From Trichinella spiralis (lineage: Eukaryota): a stretch of 20,000 nt of DNA. Under the pieces are notes generated by a model that did not search any database, was not told where the DNA came from, and saw only the letters and a list, made by a program, of their open reading frames with translations. The stretch covers positions 3,341,358 to 3,361,357 of the forward strand of contig NW_003526940.1 in the NCBI RefSeq assembly GCF_000181795.1, written 5' to 3'. This document shows, in pieces, positions 1 through 10,370 of the stretch. Position 1 is the first letter of the stretch. The number at the start of each line of letters is the position of its first letter. The translations under genes and the position numbers were made by a program.

Positions 1-239
1 GTTCAAGTCCTGCTTTTTTAATATTTGGAATATATTTTTGGCATGGCCGGTGCCAATTATTTTTACATTTTTTTCAAGGTTAGGATATTATGGGTGTTTT
101 ATTGCACTTTTTAATATCTCTGACTTTGTGTTACTTTTTCTTTGAATCTATCGGAATCAGTGAAGAAATATGCAGTCTTTTTGATGTTTCTTTTATATCA
201 TTTTTTCACGTTTTTGAAAGGATAACTTCCGGTTTCAAA

Positions 240-682
240 TTCTGTCTTATGCAATTAGTACAACTTTCACCGGCTGCAAAATAAAGACGCTTCCTTTGAC
301 ACAGATAAATTTTTGTGATCCTGTATTTTTTGTTCGGTTTAATGCCTTAATATCCTTTTTAAAGTGGATTGTTGGCCCTTCATCTAAAGGTAATTCACAT
401 TTATAATCGTTCTTTTATTTCCAACAAGAAGAATAGATTGTTCAGAATTTATTAGGCATATTATTGATCAGTTTCTACAAAAACATGTAACCATGTAAAC
501 AAAACGGTGGTGAACCGCCACTTGTAAAGTGGTTCTGCTTCACCGTTGTTGTTGAGATCGTTGAATAAAACTGTTTCTCTCTGATTGTCGTTATTGCTGA
601 GAGCAATATATTTGTCCGGAACTGTGTGTGAATTTGTGCGGAAATGTTGTGAAAGTAATACTATTAAAGTTATGAGCCACAA
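240..682 (-). pseudogene. Possible decayed secreted-protein gene with a Kunitz-like remnant
   Basis: ORF 682-461 starts with a hydrophobic stretch (TTG start, WLITLIVLLSQ). Downstream on the minus strand, 408-373 reads DYKCELPLDEGP, resembling the Kunitz N-terminal CxLPxDxGP. Another frame reads FAAGESCTNC near 280-250. Stops and frameshifts intervene. Confidence 0.2.
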
Positions 683-733
683 TGTACAAAAATCGGTGCG
701 TTACGAACTCGTAATATTATATCAATTTAAAAA

Positions 734-2263
734 TGGTATGTAATAAGTGTTAGCTTGGTAAAGCCTTGTTAATCATTGCATTTCAGAGCGCAACCACGAA
801 TATGAGCGGTTGCTTTGTTTGCAGACTTTTGTTAGGTATTCCAACCAGCACCTTTGTGGATTTGTACCTATGTTTCTCCGAGAACAGTGATAACTGTTTG
901 ACTCTATGATCTGTAATATCCTTAATCTGGTAAAGCTTTGTTAATCATTGCATTTCAGAGCGTCACGAAGAATGTGATTGTTGGCTTTCTTTGCAAAATC
1001 TTGTGGTGTACCTCCTAGCAATTTTGCGCATTAGTACCGGTGTTTCTTCAGCGAGAATAGTGGTAATTGTTTGACTGTATTTTCTGTAATACGTGTTAGC
1101 TTCGGAAAGCCTTGTTATTCATAGCAATTCAGAGCGCCATCACGAATATTAGCGGTTGGTTCGTTTGCAAACTCTTGTTAGGAGTTCCACCTAGCACCTT
1201 TGTGCATTTGCAAGTTTCTCGAAAGTGAACATTGGTAATTGCTTGACTGTATTTTCTGTAATACGTGATAGCTTGGTAAAACGCTGTCAATCATTGCATT
1301 TCAGAGCGCCCCTACGAATAAGAGAAGCGGGTTCCTTTGCAAACTCTTGTCGGATGTTACTGCTAGCACTTTTACGGATTTGTGCCTGCGTTTCTCCACT
1401 GAGAACAGTGGTAACTGTTTGACACTATGGTCTGTAATGCATATTAAACTTGTAACACCTTGATCAGGATTGCAATTCAGAGCGGCACCATTAATATGAG
1501 CAGTTGGTTCGTTTGCAAACTCTTGTTAGAAGTTCCTCCTTACAAATTTGTGGATTTGTACCTATGTTTCTCGGACGTGAATGGTGGTAATTGTTTGTCT
1601 CTATGTTCTGTAATATGTGATGGCTTGGAAAAAGCTTTGTTATTCATTGCATTTCAGAGCGCAACGACGAATATTAGCGATTGTTTTGTTTGTAAACTCT
1701 TGTCAGGAGTTCCTCCTACCACTTTTACGGATTTTCACCTCTGTTTCTCAGCATAGAAGTCTGGTAATGGTTTCTCTCTATGGTTAGTAATACCTTCTCA
1801 CCTAGTAAAGTCTTGTTAACCATTGCATTTCAGATCCCCACCACGAATATCAGCGTTTGGTCTGTTTGCAAACTCTTGCCACTAGTTACTCCTAGCACCT
1901 TTACGGATTTCTACCTGTGTTTTTTCCGCACAGAAATCAGGGAATGGTTCCTCTCTATGGTCTGTAATACATTCTAGCCTAGTAAAGCCTTGTTAATCAT
2001 TGCATTTCAGAGCATCACTACGAATATAAGCGGTTGGTCATTGTGCAAGGTTTTGTCAGGAGTTTCTCCATCTACGTTTGCAGATTTTTACCTGTGTTTC
2101 TCCGCACAGAGATCAGTGAATGGTTCCTTTGTATCGTCTGTAATACCAGCTGAAATGTCAATGCCTTGTTAATCATTGCATTTTACTTCGCAACCAAAAA
2201 CATGATCGGTCGGTCGGTATCCACCATCTTGACAACATTTCCTTCCAGCGTTCTGCACGGATG
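734..2263. repeat. Tandem satellite array, ~176-bp unit, ~8.5 diverged copies
   Basis: The core AAAGCCTTGTTAATCATTGCATTTCAGAGCGC recurs, with its TTCAGA anchor at 782, 954, 1128, 1300, 1476, 1653, 1829, 2006 and (degenerate) 2182. Spacings are 172-177 bp. Units align end to end, and the last unit is partial and decayed. Confidence 0.95.
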
Positions 2264-2960
2264 CCCTGTTATTCCACTGTGTTCCGAACGGAACAACACC
2301 GACCTAGTCGGTGTGACGGGGCCTGGGTCTGGGAGCCAGAAGTCGCGGGTAAGACGAAGACAATACCCGCACACCGTCGGCCAGATCGTTATCTCGGCAT
2401 CTGCCGGCTCCGTCAGGGGTCAGATAGACCCCATGCGCAGGCATTGATGGATGACCGTTGCGTGCTAGACAGTGGCTGTTTACGACATTGCGTCAGTTGC
2501 GCGTCAACAAAGTACTTGAAGAAGCCGCCAGATGGACGAGCGCGCCAAGTGGCCATCGCTAGATCAAAGGAGCCGAAAGCATAACAGCTTAATTAGAAGC
2601 CGACGGTAATTAGATCGGCGCCATCAAAAGCCAGCTCACTTGCTTTGAGCGAGCCGCCCATTGACGGCCGAGCTCTATATATTTGGCTACCAACGCGCGC
2701 CGAATCAGTACTATCCGTGAGGTTGTCGAAGTCAGTCGAACTCGCTGTCGTTTGAGTAACCATCGATTTCTCGTACTGTTGTTTCGTCCTCTTATACATT
2801 GACTCTCTGTTCGCTGCTGTCGACGGAGTGCGTTCCTCTGATTATTCATAGCCGAATAAACGAACGTATATTCGTTGTGTGTTTTCGATCTGCTTGCATC
2901 CTACTTTACGCGACCGTCTTCTTGACTACCCAGTATTCGGTTGGCCAAGGAGAATCTACA
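2264..2960 (+). mobile_element. 3' terminal fragment of an LTR retrotransposon (gypsy-like), with 3' LTR at ~2477-2960
   Basis: Abrupt GC-rich island. RRPDRY-type pol C-terminal motif at ~2375-2392. The LTR-like block is bounded by TGT (2477) and ACA (2960), with TATATA 2676-2681, TCAGT initiator-like 2705-2709 and AATAAA 2855-2860 in LTR order. The PPT is weak (AGACAGTGGC) and no TSD was found. Confidence 0.55.
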
Positions 2961-3401
2961 TTATACAGTCCACTCTCATTTGCCCGACGATCGAACGTCT
3001 GGCAAATTGTACTTGAGCATCGCGAGCGTACAGAACCCTCCTACGGTTCTAACACACTGAAAAGAATGGTGATCGTATGACTTCAGTGACGAGAATTTCG
3101 GCTTCACTACACAGCAGTTGGAACACAGCCTATTTCATATTAAAATTGGCAATTTCTACCCACATGCAGTTCGTTTCAAATTTGGTAATATTTCATAACT
3201 TGAAAATCCTGAATTTCTACTGTGAGATTACTGTATTTTAAAAATAGAATAATTTCTTTACCAAAAGTAATACGATTTTGTGTATTTGATTAAATTGGTT
3301 ATAGTTGATTTATTTCAACTGTTACTGTCTCTAGAGTTACCGTTTCATGTAACCAAACGACAGTTCTCGGTTCGTTTCAAATCAATATTCGCGTAATGAA
3401 C

Positions 3402-4023
3402 TGTAACGGGCCGCTACCTCGAGCGGGCTCCTCCGCTTCTTCCACCGGCTTATTGACGCGTCCATCGCTATTTGGCGACGGGCCGGTATTGACTGGTGCA
3501 TTTCCCTTTCGGTCAGTCTCGCGCTTTCCTGATGGCATTGCGACAACAAAAGAACAAGCAATGAGTATATACTTTATTAGACAATCGGAAACAAGGATCG
3601 ACGACGATGAAAACACGAGCACACTTCTGGCAACATGCCAACACTGATGTAAAACAACCCTTACCGTACTGCTCCTCCGATCTTCATGTATTATTCTTCA
3701 TACTGTAGCTTCAGTGTTCTTCGTCTTCATTTTCTGCAGGAAAGATCTCATTAGTTCGGTCCGTGTCCGCTGCAGAGCTTTGTAATCTAAGACGTTCGTG
3801 AAGTTTTGTTTCAGTTAGGTGCTACGCGTAAATACTAAGCTTGCGCGATTTTGTATAACGTGCAGCTGCTGTGTGTTAAAAAAAGAAACGAGAAGAATAC
3901 GAAGAAACATGATTTGATCAGTATCAGCGACGGGAAAAACGTTCATCCGTGATACGGACGTTTATGTAGTATGAGTTGAAGCTACTTCTGATGCACAGCG
4001 TATTGAACGATTTTACCCGCACC
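3402..4023 (-). mobile_element. Solo LTR (622 bp)
   Basis: Begins TGTAACGGG and ends CCCGCACC (TGT...ACA with one substitution). Flanked by TGAAC (3397-3401) and TGAAT (4024-4028), a 5-bp TSD with one mismatch. AATAAA on the minus strand at 3573-3578. A second partial copy at 9015-9390 ends at the same terminus. Confidence 0.75.
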
Positions 4024-4088
4024 TGAATTCTGAATTGCAGATTCGATATTTGACAGTTAGAAGAACCTGTCGATGGATTATTCTAACT

Positions 4089-4255
4089 CAGTGGTTCTCA
4101 AAGTGTGGGTCGCGAGCAGTTTCTAGGTGGGTCGTGTAAAATATTAAAGTACGGGAGTAGTCTTTACATTCGTTAGGAGAGTATTTCTCTTCGAAAATTG
4201 TTGGCTTTGATTAATTAGGCTTTCATTCAGTTACCGTTAACCTGAGAATCACTAG
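4089..4255. mobile_element. Short non-autonomous hAT (Charlie/Buster-like) MITE
   Basis: Left end CAGTGGTTCTCAAAGTGTGGGTC is a typical hAT-Charlie terminus. Right end TGAGAATCACTAG (4243-4255) approximates its reverse complement. The 8-bp flanks TTCTAACT and TTCTGTCT match at 6/8. Confidence 0.6.
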
Positions 4256-4295
4256 TTCTGTCTGGTTTTACAGTACACGGATCTATGTCACGTTA

Positions 4296-4968
4296 GGGCT
4301 AGTCTGAACTCATCCGCATCCCATTTGTTCCCAACTCCGCCCCCTTTTTGTGATTGGCTGTACGCTGATAGCTTGCACGCGATTCATCGGTAATTGGCTA
4401 ATGACTTCTACGATTTTATTTGCTAATCATTATGATAAGTGATTGGGTTAATAACTTTGCCATTTGATTAGCTGTTAAGCTTTGATCAAAGATTGGGTGA
4501 TTGTTGTTTGTCTACTCTTCACCTTACATGGGTGCATTACCATTAAAATACCTTATATGGACATAAAAAAGCATTTACTATTTTTTAAAGAAAAAGCTTT
4601 TTAAGATATGGTGTTAGCTATCTTTTATTGCGTTAAAGAAATTATAACAATAACAAAGATAATATGCTTCAAACTAATGTTTAACTTCTTTACATTTGCA
4701 TGTTTTTTGAGTGTGTTGTTAAGAAGAGCATTTAACAAAATGTCTTGTAATATTCGAATATGGCTTTAAATAAGTGGTTATGTTAGTCAATAACATTAAT
4801 GATTCTTCAGTTTTACATTTCAATGTTCACGTAATAACTTGTTTTTGTAATTTTATTTCTTCACATCTGTGCTAATCAGCAGACTACTTTGCACATAAAC
4901 ATTTCTGCCTTTCGCTATATGTATGTATGCATAGTATACATAGTATACTACTATGCAAATGTATAGTA
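4296..4968. repeat. Left long imperfect TIR (A-type end) of the outer MULE
   Basis: 4296-4830 matches the reverse complement of 12503-13031. Patchy similarity to the B-type end (9518-10047) continues to GCAAATGTATAGTA at 4955-4968. Confidence 0.8.
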
Positions 4969-5031
4969 TGCAGCATCATGTTACAGCAACAATCAATAAG
5001 GATCAACAACAACTAACAAGCAATGAAAATC

Positions 5032-5138
5032 AACAATAACCAACAATAAATAAGAATTAACAATAACCAACAATAAATAAGAATTAACAATAACCAACAA
5101 TAAATAAGAATCAACAGTAACGAACAATAAATAAGATC
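5032..5138. repeat. 27-bp minisatellite (AACAATAACCAACAATAAATAAGAATT), ~4 copies
   Basis: Copies at 5032, 5059, 5086 and 5113 (last degenerate), within an AAC/AT-rich tract 3' of the transposase stop. Confidence 0.9.
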
Positions 5139-5276
5139 AACAACAAACAAGCGTTAAGTATAATACAATATATACAATATATGACAAAGACAAACTATAC
5201 AATTATAAAAAATAAAAAAATATATACAACAATAATGAATGAAATATATGCAACAATAATAAACAGTGCAAAAGTA

Positions 5277-6703
5277 CTATAATCGTAGTGGTTCAAAAGT
5301 ATGATACGATATTGCACTCAAAAAATGCTCAACAGTAATTTCATTATGAACCAATTTACCCGTAAGCGCTGCTACCCGTCACTGCTGGACTCCGTATTTG
5401 CCGCACCACCGTCTCAGTCTTACCCTGTTCATCAAGGATCAGTTGTAAAAATTGATAAAACCCCAGGTGGTGCTTTCGTGCTCTTTTGCTGTTCAACCTT
5501 CTGTTGTGCCAACCTTCCAGATGGTTGTTGGTCCGCACAGGTACACCCGATACAGAACGTTCCAAAACGGAATTTTTGTTGCCGGAAGCCACTCTTGCTA
5601 AAAATATTGGAATAAGGCTTCCAGTTGATCCGACGTCCCAACATTTATGATTTTGAAACCCGCGGGTACAAGCTGAAAAAATGCTAATGCCATGAGCATT
5701 TTTACCTTTTTTCTTACCTTCTGATTATTCATATAATCAGTTAAGCCAAGCCGGCCGACCTGCCGAAGCACAGCTTGGCAAAAGTGGAAGAAACAACCCT
5801 GCACCCGGGTGTTGGGAAAGTTGCCTTGAATTGCCGGGATTAAGACTGTTTCGAAATCGCACACAAATTTCGCCGCTTCAAGTTGAACGCCAAGTTCTTT
5901 CGCTTTAGAATGGAACACTTAAATATTCAGCTATACGTGGGCAGATCTTTCTTAACAGTCAAACAATATACGACAGGTAGCAGTTTACCCCTCTGGAACT
6001 CATGAAGGGTAAACAACTGCTGATACCAGAAGGGGACAATCTTAAACGTCCCATCCCCGCACCAGCAGTTACTCTGAGCCAGCATCTTCACACCATCCTC
6101 GGTGGCAAAAATTAATATATCATTGGTCGGCGAATGCTACATCAAAAATTGCGCACCGGATTTCGTTGTCGTCTGCTCGGCAGTAAGCCGCAGATCCTGC
6201 CGCCTGGCCGAAAGTCGTGGGTATCTCTTCGAACGGGTATAATACATTGTGTTCCGGGCCTGCTCCCACGTTGGAAAATGAGCGGCAGTTTCTAGGCTGG
6301 TGGAGGCATTGCTTGCCAGTTCATCGTAAATTTCTAATACCGGCCTCGGATCTCATGCAGCCAGCTTCTTCAATTCATTTAGCTGCTGCTGATGGTAGAA
6401 TGCATGGGCATCTACTCGGCAGCCCTCTGTATGCTCACCGGTTCTGATGACATCTGTGGCATCAAGGTTAGTATAGAGTTTGCCAGGGCAACCTCTCGTT
6501 CTCTAAATTGGAAACCTAATTGCAAGCTCATGATACTACACAATAATAACAACGTGCTATAATAAAATAATTCTGTTTACTGATGCACATATCCAACATT
6601 TGTCATTGCGATTCGTCCGCTTGAGGGTGTAACACCTTCCTCTGTACACTAATTTTTGTTGGTTCCTTTGAGTAGAAACAAACTGAATTTCATCACTCTC
6701 CAT
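5277..6703 (-). pseudogene. FLYWCH zinc finger + MULE transposase pseudogene, 2 exons (6703-6581; 6502-5277)
   Basis: ATG at 6703. Exon 1 is MESDEIQFVSTQRNQQKLVYRGRCYTLKRTNRNDKCWICAS, followed by a GT-AG intron 6580-6503. Exon 2 reads RTRGCPGKLYTNLD...GEH, with GDGTFK (D at 6055), CDFE, GCFFHFCQA and RTNNHLEGWH, ending HTFEPLRL* at 5277. In-frame stops at 6355, 6139 and 5929 plus frameshifts. Confidence 0.95.
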
Positions 6704-7937
6704 AAGTAAAAACTCTCAAATACGAAGCACACAGCTAGACGGAAAACCAGGGAAATAAATTTAACAGTTTTGCACTCCGTTTTAAATAACCATTTTGCAA
6801 CCACTAAATAGCTTATGCACCGTTCCGGTTGATTCGTCTAGCTCAGTTAGCTGCGTCATGCTTTATGCCCAGCAGCATTTTACTTCCTGCTTCATAGTGT
6901 ACTTCTCGTTTAGTCCAGTATTAGTAATAATGGAATCCATTTCCGCGTCCATTTTCTGTTCATTGCCGTCCAGTCCAGAAAGCCGTATCCATCACAATTT
7001 CAGCAGGCAAATTTCGAATGATAATATCTGATCTTGTTTCGCTCCTCAGCTAATAACCCTCGAATGCTAAACACTGAACTCAAACGCAAGACCAAAAAGG
7101 AAAATAAATTTGATGGTTTAAATTCCATTTTAAATAATCATTTTGAAACATTTAGTTTTCATTTTTCATTTTATCTACAATTGAAGATCAATTTCGATTG
7201 ATATTTCTGTGGCACCTATGCCTTTGTTGATGTTGACAGAAGATTATTAATCACACACAAATGGCGCACATATGCTGATATCAAAGTATGCGATGTCCAC
7301 TGCAAAATGAATTTGAAGCAGCTTTAAGCGCTTTTGTGATTGGTTGGTGCTGTTCATCGCTTTCTTTCTGCTTTTGAAGTGCTTCACTTTTATTTATCCA
7401 TGCCAATGGAAAAATACTGTTCAAAAAAAATGTCAGCCAACAGTTGCTTTCACGTGTGATATAAATTACCTTCTTAGCTAACAATTATATGAGATTTATG
7501 CCTAATGTTCCTTTCTGTTTGTCAGATATTGTTCTGATGAAGGCTAGTTGAAGGCTATTCAAGTACAAAGGGAAAACGTAAAATTGATAAATTGTCTACA
7601 GCTGCAGTTTTCAGCTAAAACTGAGCTTGGTGGTTGCTGAATGTTAGCATCGAAATACTTTTCTGATTTTGCCTAAATGTATAATGCATCGAATGCCTGA
7701 ATGAATGCATCGACATGTATAAAAATACATATATGGATGTTTTGTAACAAAAGAAACTCTGTAAATATTAAAGTAAAATTCTTGATTTGCAAATAAGAAA
7801 GATTTAAATAGAACACTTCCAGTAAAATCAAGAAGTTAATCAGATGCTAACAATTTGGTAGTTGTAACTCCTTGGTTTAGCTTGAAAGCTGCAACTGTGA
7901 ACCATTTGTTAATTGTGCATTTTCTCTTTGTATTAAA

Positions 7938-7989
7938 NNNNNNNNNNNNNNNNNNNNNNNNNNNNNNNNNNNNNNNNNNNNNNNNNNNN
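7938..7989. other. Assembly gap (52 N), followed by a low-quality N-sprinkled stretch to ~8440
   Basis: Seen directly in the sequence. Confidence 0.99.
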
Positions 7990-8482
7990 TAAATTTCTCT
8001 TTCAATATCTAAAGTAAAANCCGACTAACTGGGTTTGATTGAAACATTCNAAGTTNCAANTTGTTNTANTACTATGTTTNNNCNTTCCNGAACNAAAAAG
8101 TATCTGTTGCANTTTCNTNAATGATTTTAGCAAACAAAACTGAAANGCANAANTTAAANTTTTTTTTNGCTGCNTTTACCATCGTAAAAAGTCATTACAT
8201 GNTNCAAATTANGNAAAACNAAAAAATGGCCTAGATAAACACGTTTATTTAACATCTCNTTTGCTCAGATATCTCTTCTTCAGGGCTGTTCATTTGTTTC
8301 NTTCTATATTTTTGTAGAATAAATGCNAATTAGATNATTAAAGATATTTNNAATTTGTAAAGAACAAAACCGTCAATTCTATTTTTCATTTTATTTCACT
8401 CCNTCAATGCTTATCATTAGTTTGTGCTATTNTTCCGTNGTCCGTAGGCTTTGAGATGTGTTTCTGAATGATGAGAATAAAT

Positions 8483-8706
8483 AATAATGAATTTCAGATT
8501 GTATCTCAAAGAATTGACATAAGCCAATACACAAAGGGAGATGCCACACGCTCAAGTGCACAAATCATAATGACAAATACGGGTTGTGAATAAACATACA
8601 AGCAATGGCTTATTGTAGCACATTATTATTGTAATATTACAGCTAATCCATTTTTTCAACATAACGATTAGTTGGTTGCCGTGGAACAGTGTCTACAAGT
8701 TTAGAA
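8483..8706 (+). pseudogene. Relic of a second, oppositely oriented FLYWCH transposase 5' end (exon 1, intron, exon 2 start)
   Basis: NNEFQIVSQR-(frameshift)-HKPIHKGRCHTLKCTNHNDKY aligns to SDEIQFVSTQRNQQKLVYRGRCYTLKRTNRNDKC. The following TTATTGTAGCACATTATTATTGT resembles the transposase intron. RLVGCRGTVSTSLE aligns to RTRGCPGKLYTNLD. Confidence 0.8.
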
Positions 8707-9014
8707 ATGGACTTTTCCCACGTTATCGTTGTATTGCCCATCTTGCCCATGGTATATATCGTAATAAAGATCAGATTTTCTTGTTGTTGTAAAATGGAAA
8801 TTTCTGTACTATACATTTGCTAAGTTCTGAAGCGCTTATATCGAATAACAGAAAAGTTTCTTCGAAAACAGTCTCTTCATCAGCATAGATGTGAAGAAAT
8901 AAAATGCAAAAGCAAATTTACAAGAATAAAATTAAGCAATAAGATAATATTTTGTTAACAGTGAAATGTAAAACGCAAAAGCTTTTTAAAAGCATCATTT
9001 GCAAAGTCTAAGAA

Positions 9015-9390
9015 CTGCAGCGGACACGGACCGAACTAGTGAGATCTTTCCTGCAGAAAATGAAGACGAAGAACACTGAACCTACAGTATGAAGAATAAT
9101 GCATGAAGATCGGAGGAGCAGTACGGGAAGGGTTGTTGACATCAGGGTTGGCAAGTTGCCAGAAGTGTGTGCTCGTGTTTTACATCGTCGTCGATCCTTG
9201 TTTCCGATTGTCTAATAAAGTATATACTCATTGCTTGTTCTTTTGTTGTCGCAATGCCATCAGGAAAGCGCGAGACTGACTGAAAGGGAAATGCACCAGT
9301 CAATACCGGCCCGTCGCCAAATAGCGATGGACGCGCCAATAACCCGGTGGAAGAAGCGTAGGAGCCCGCTCGAGGTAGCGGCTCGTTGCA
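9015..9390 (+). mobile_element. 5'-truncated copy of the 3402-4023 LTR inserted in the outer MULE
   Basis: Close reverse-complement match to 3402-3777, ending GTTGCA, with AATAAA at 9214-9219. The empty site GCAAAGTCTAA|AAACAAATAT is present in the inner MULE copy (reverse complement of ~9832-9852). Confidence 0.85.
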
Positions 9391-10146
9391 AAACAAATAT
9401 ATCAAGTTTCACGTTATAACTAAAAGCTTTTTCTTTAAAACATAGTAAATGCTTTTTTATGTCCATATAAGGTATTTCAATGGTAATGCACCCATATTTC
9501 GTAAAGATTTGATAAACGGTGTAGGCTGAACTCATCCGCGAAAATTCGACACATTTATGTGATTGGCTGGTTGCTGATTGGTTGTAGGTGCATTGTTTGG
9601 TGATTGGCTGATAACTTCTGCTATTTTATTAGCTAATTATTGTGATAAGTGATTGGGTGAATAACTGTGCCGTTTTATTAGCTATTCAGCTGTGATCAAG
9701 GATTGGGTGATTGTTGTTTATCTACTCTTTTCCACATATGGGTGCATTCCATTGAATTACCTTATATGTGCATAAATAATCATTTACCATTTTTTAAAAA
9801 AAAAGCTTTTAGTTATAATCTGGAAATGTGTATATTTGTTTTTAGACTTTGCAAATGATACTTTTAAAAAGCTTTTGCGTTTTATATTTCACTGTTAACA
9901 AAAGATTATCTTATTGCTTAATTTTATTCTTGTAAGTTTGCTTTTGCATTTTACTTCTTCACATCTATGCTGATCAACAGACTGTTTTCACAGAAACTTC
10001 TCTGCTATTCGATATAAGCGCTTCAGAACGAAGCAAATGTATAGTACAGAAATTTCCATTTTACAACAACAAGAAAATCTGAACTTTAATACAATATATA
10101 CCATGGACAAGATGGGCAATACAACGATAACGTGGAAAAAGTCCAT

Positions 10147-10370
10147 TTCTAAACTTGTAGACGCTGTGCCACGGCAACCAACTAATCGTTATGTTGAAAA
10201 AATGGATTGGCTGCAATATTACAATAATAATGTTCTACATTAGGCCATTGTTTTTATGTTTATTCACAATCCGTATTTGTCATTATGATTTGTGCACTTG
10301 AGCGTGTGGCATCTTCCTTTGTGTATTGGCTTATGTCGGTTCTTTGAGATACAAACTGAAATTCATTATT
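10147..10370 (-). pseudogene. Same FLYWCH relic in the inner MULE copy
   Basis: NNEFQFVSQR...KGRCHTLKCTNHNDKY and RLVGCRGTASTSLE; reverse-complement match to 8483-8706. Confidence 0.8.

Noticed and set aside
734..2263. CRISPR-like array or repeat-protein gene (ORFs 1225-2172)
   Set aside because: Units align along their whole length with no unique spacers, and the context is eukaryotic. Unit lengths are mostly not multiples of 3 and both strands have stops.
2166..3080. Overlapping short ORFs on both strands
   Set aside because: Expected in GC-rich LTR and UTR sequence; no recognisable domain apart from the short RPDRY motif.
3377..3647. ORFs of 81-91 aa here and at 9142-9535
   Set aside because: Incidental frames within two copies of an LTR; their similarity is explained by DNA-level repetition.
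3358..4072. Short inverted match CGACAGTTCT / AGAACCTGTCG around the solo LTR, suggesting an interrupted MITE
   Set aside because: Only about 10 bp with an indel and no TSD; compatible with chance.
5301..6447. Plus-strand ORFs 5301-5615 and 6217-6447
   Set aside because: Antisense shadows of the minus-strand transposase pseudogene.
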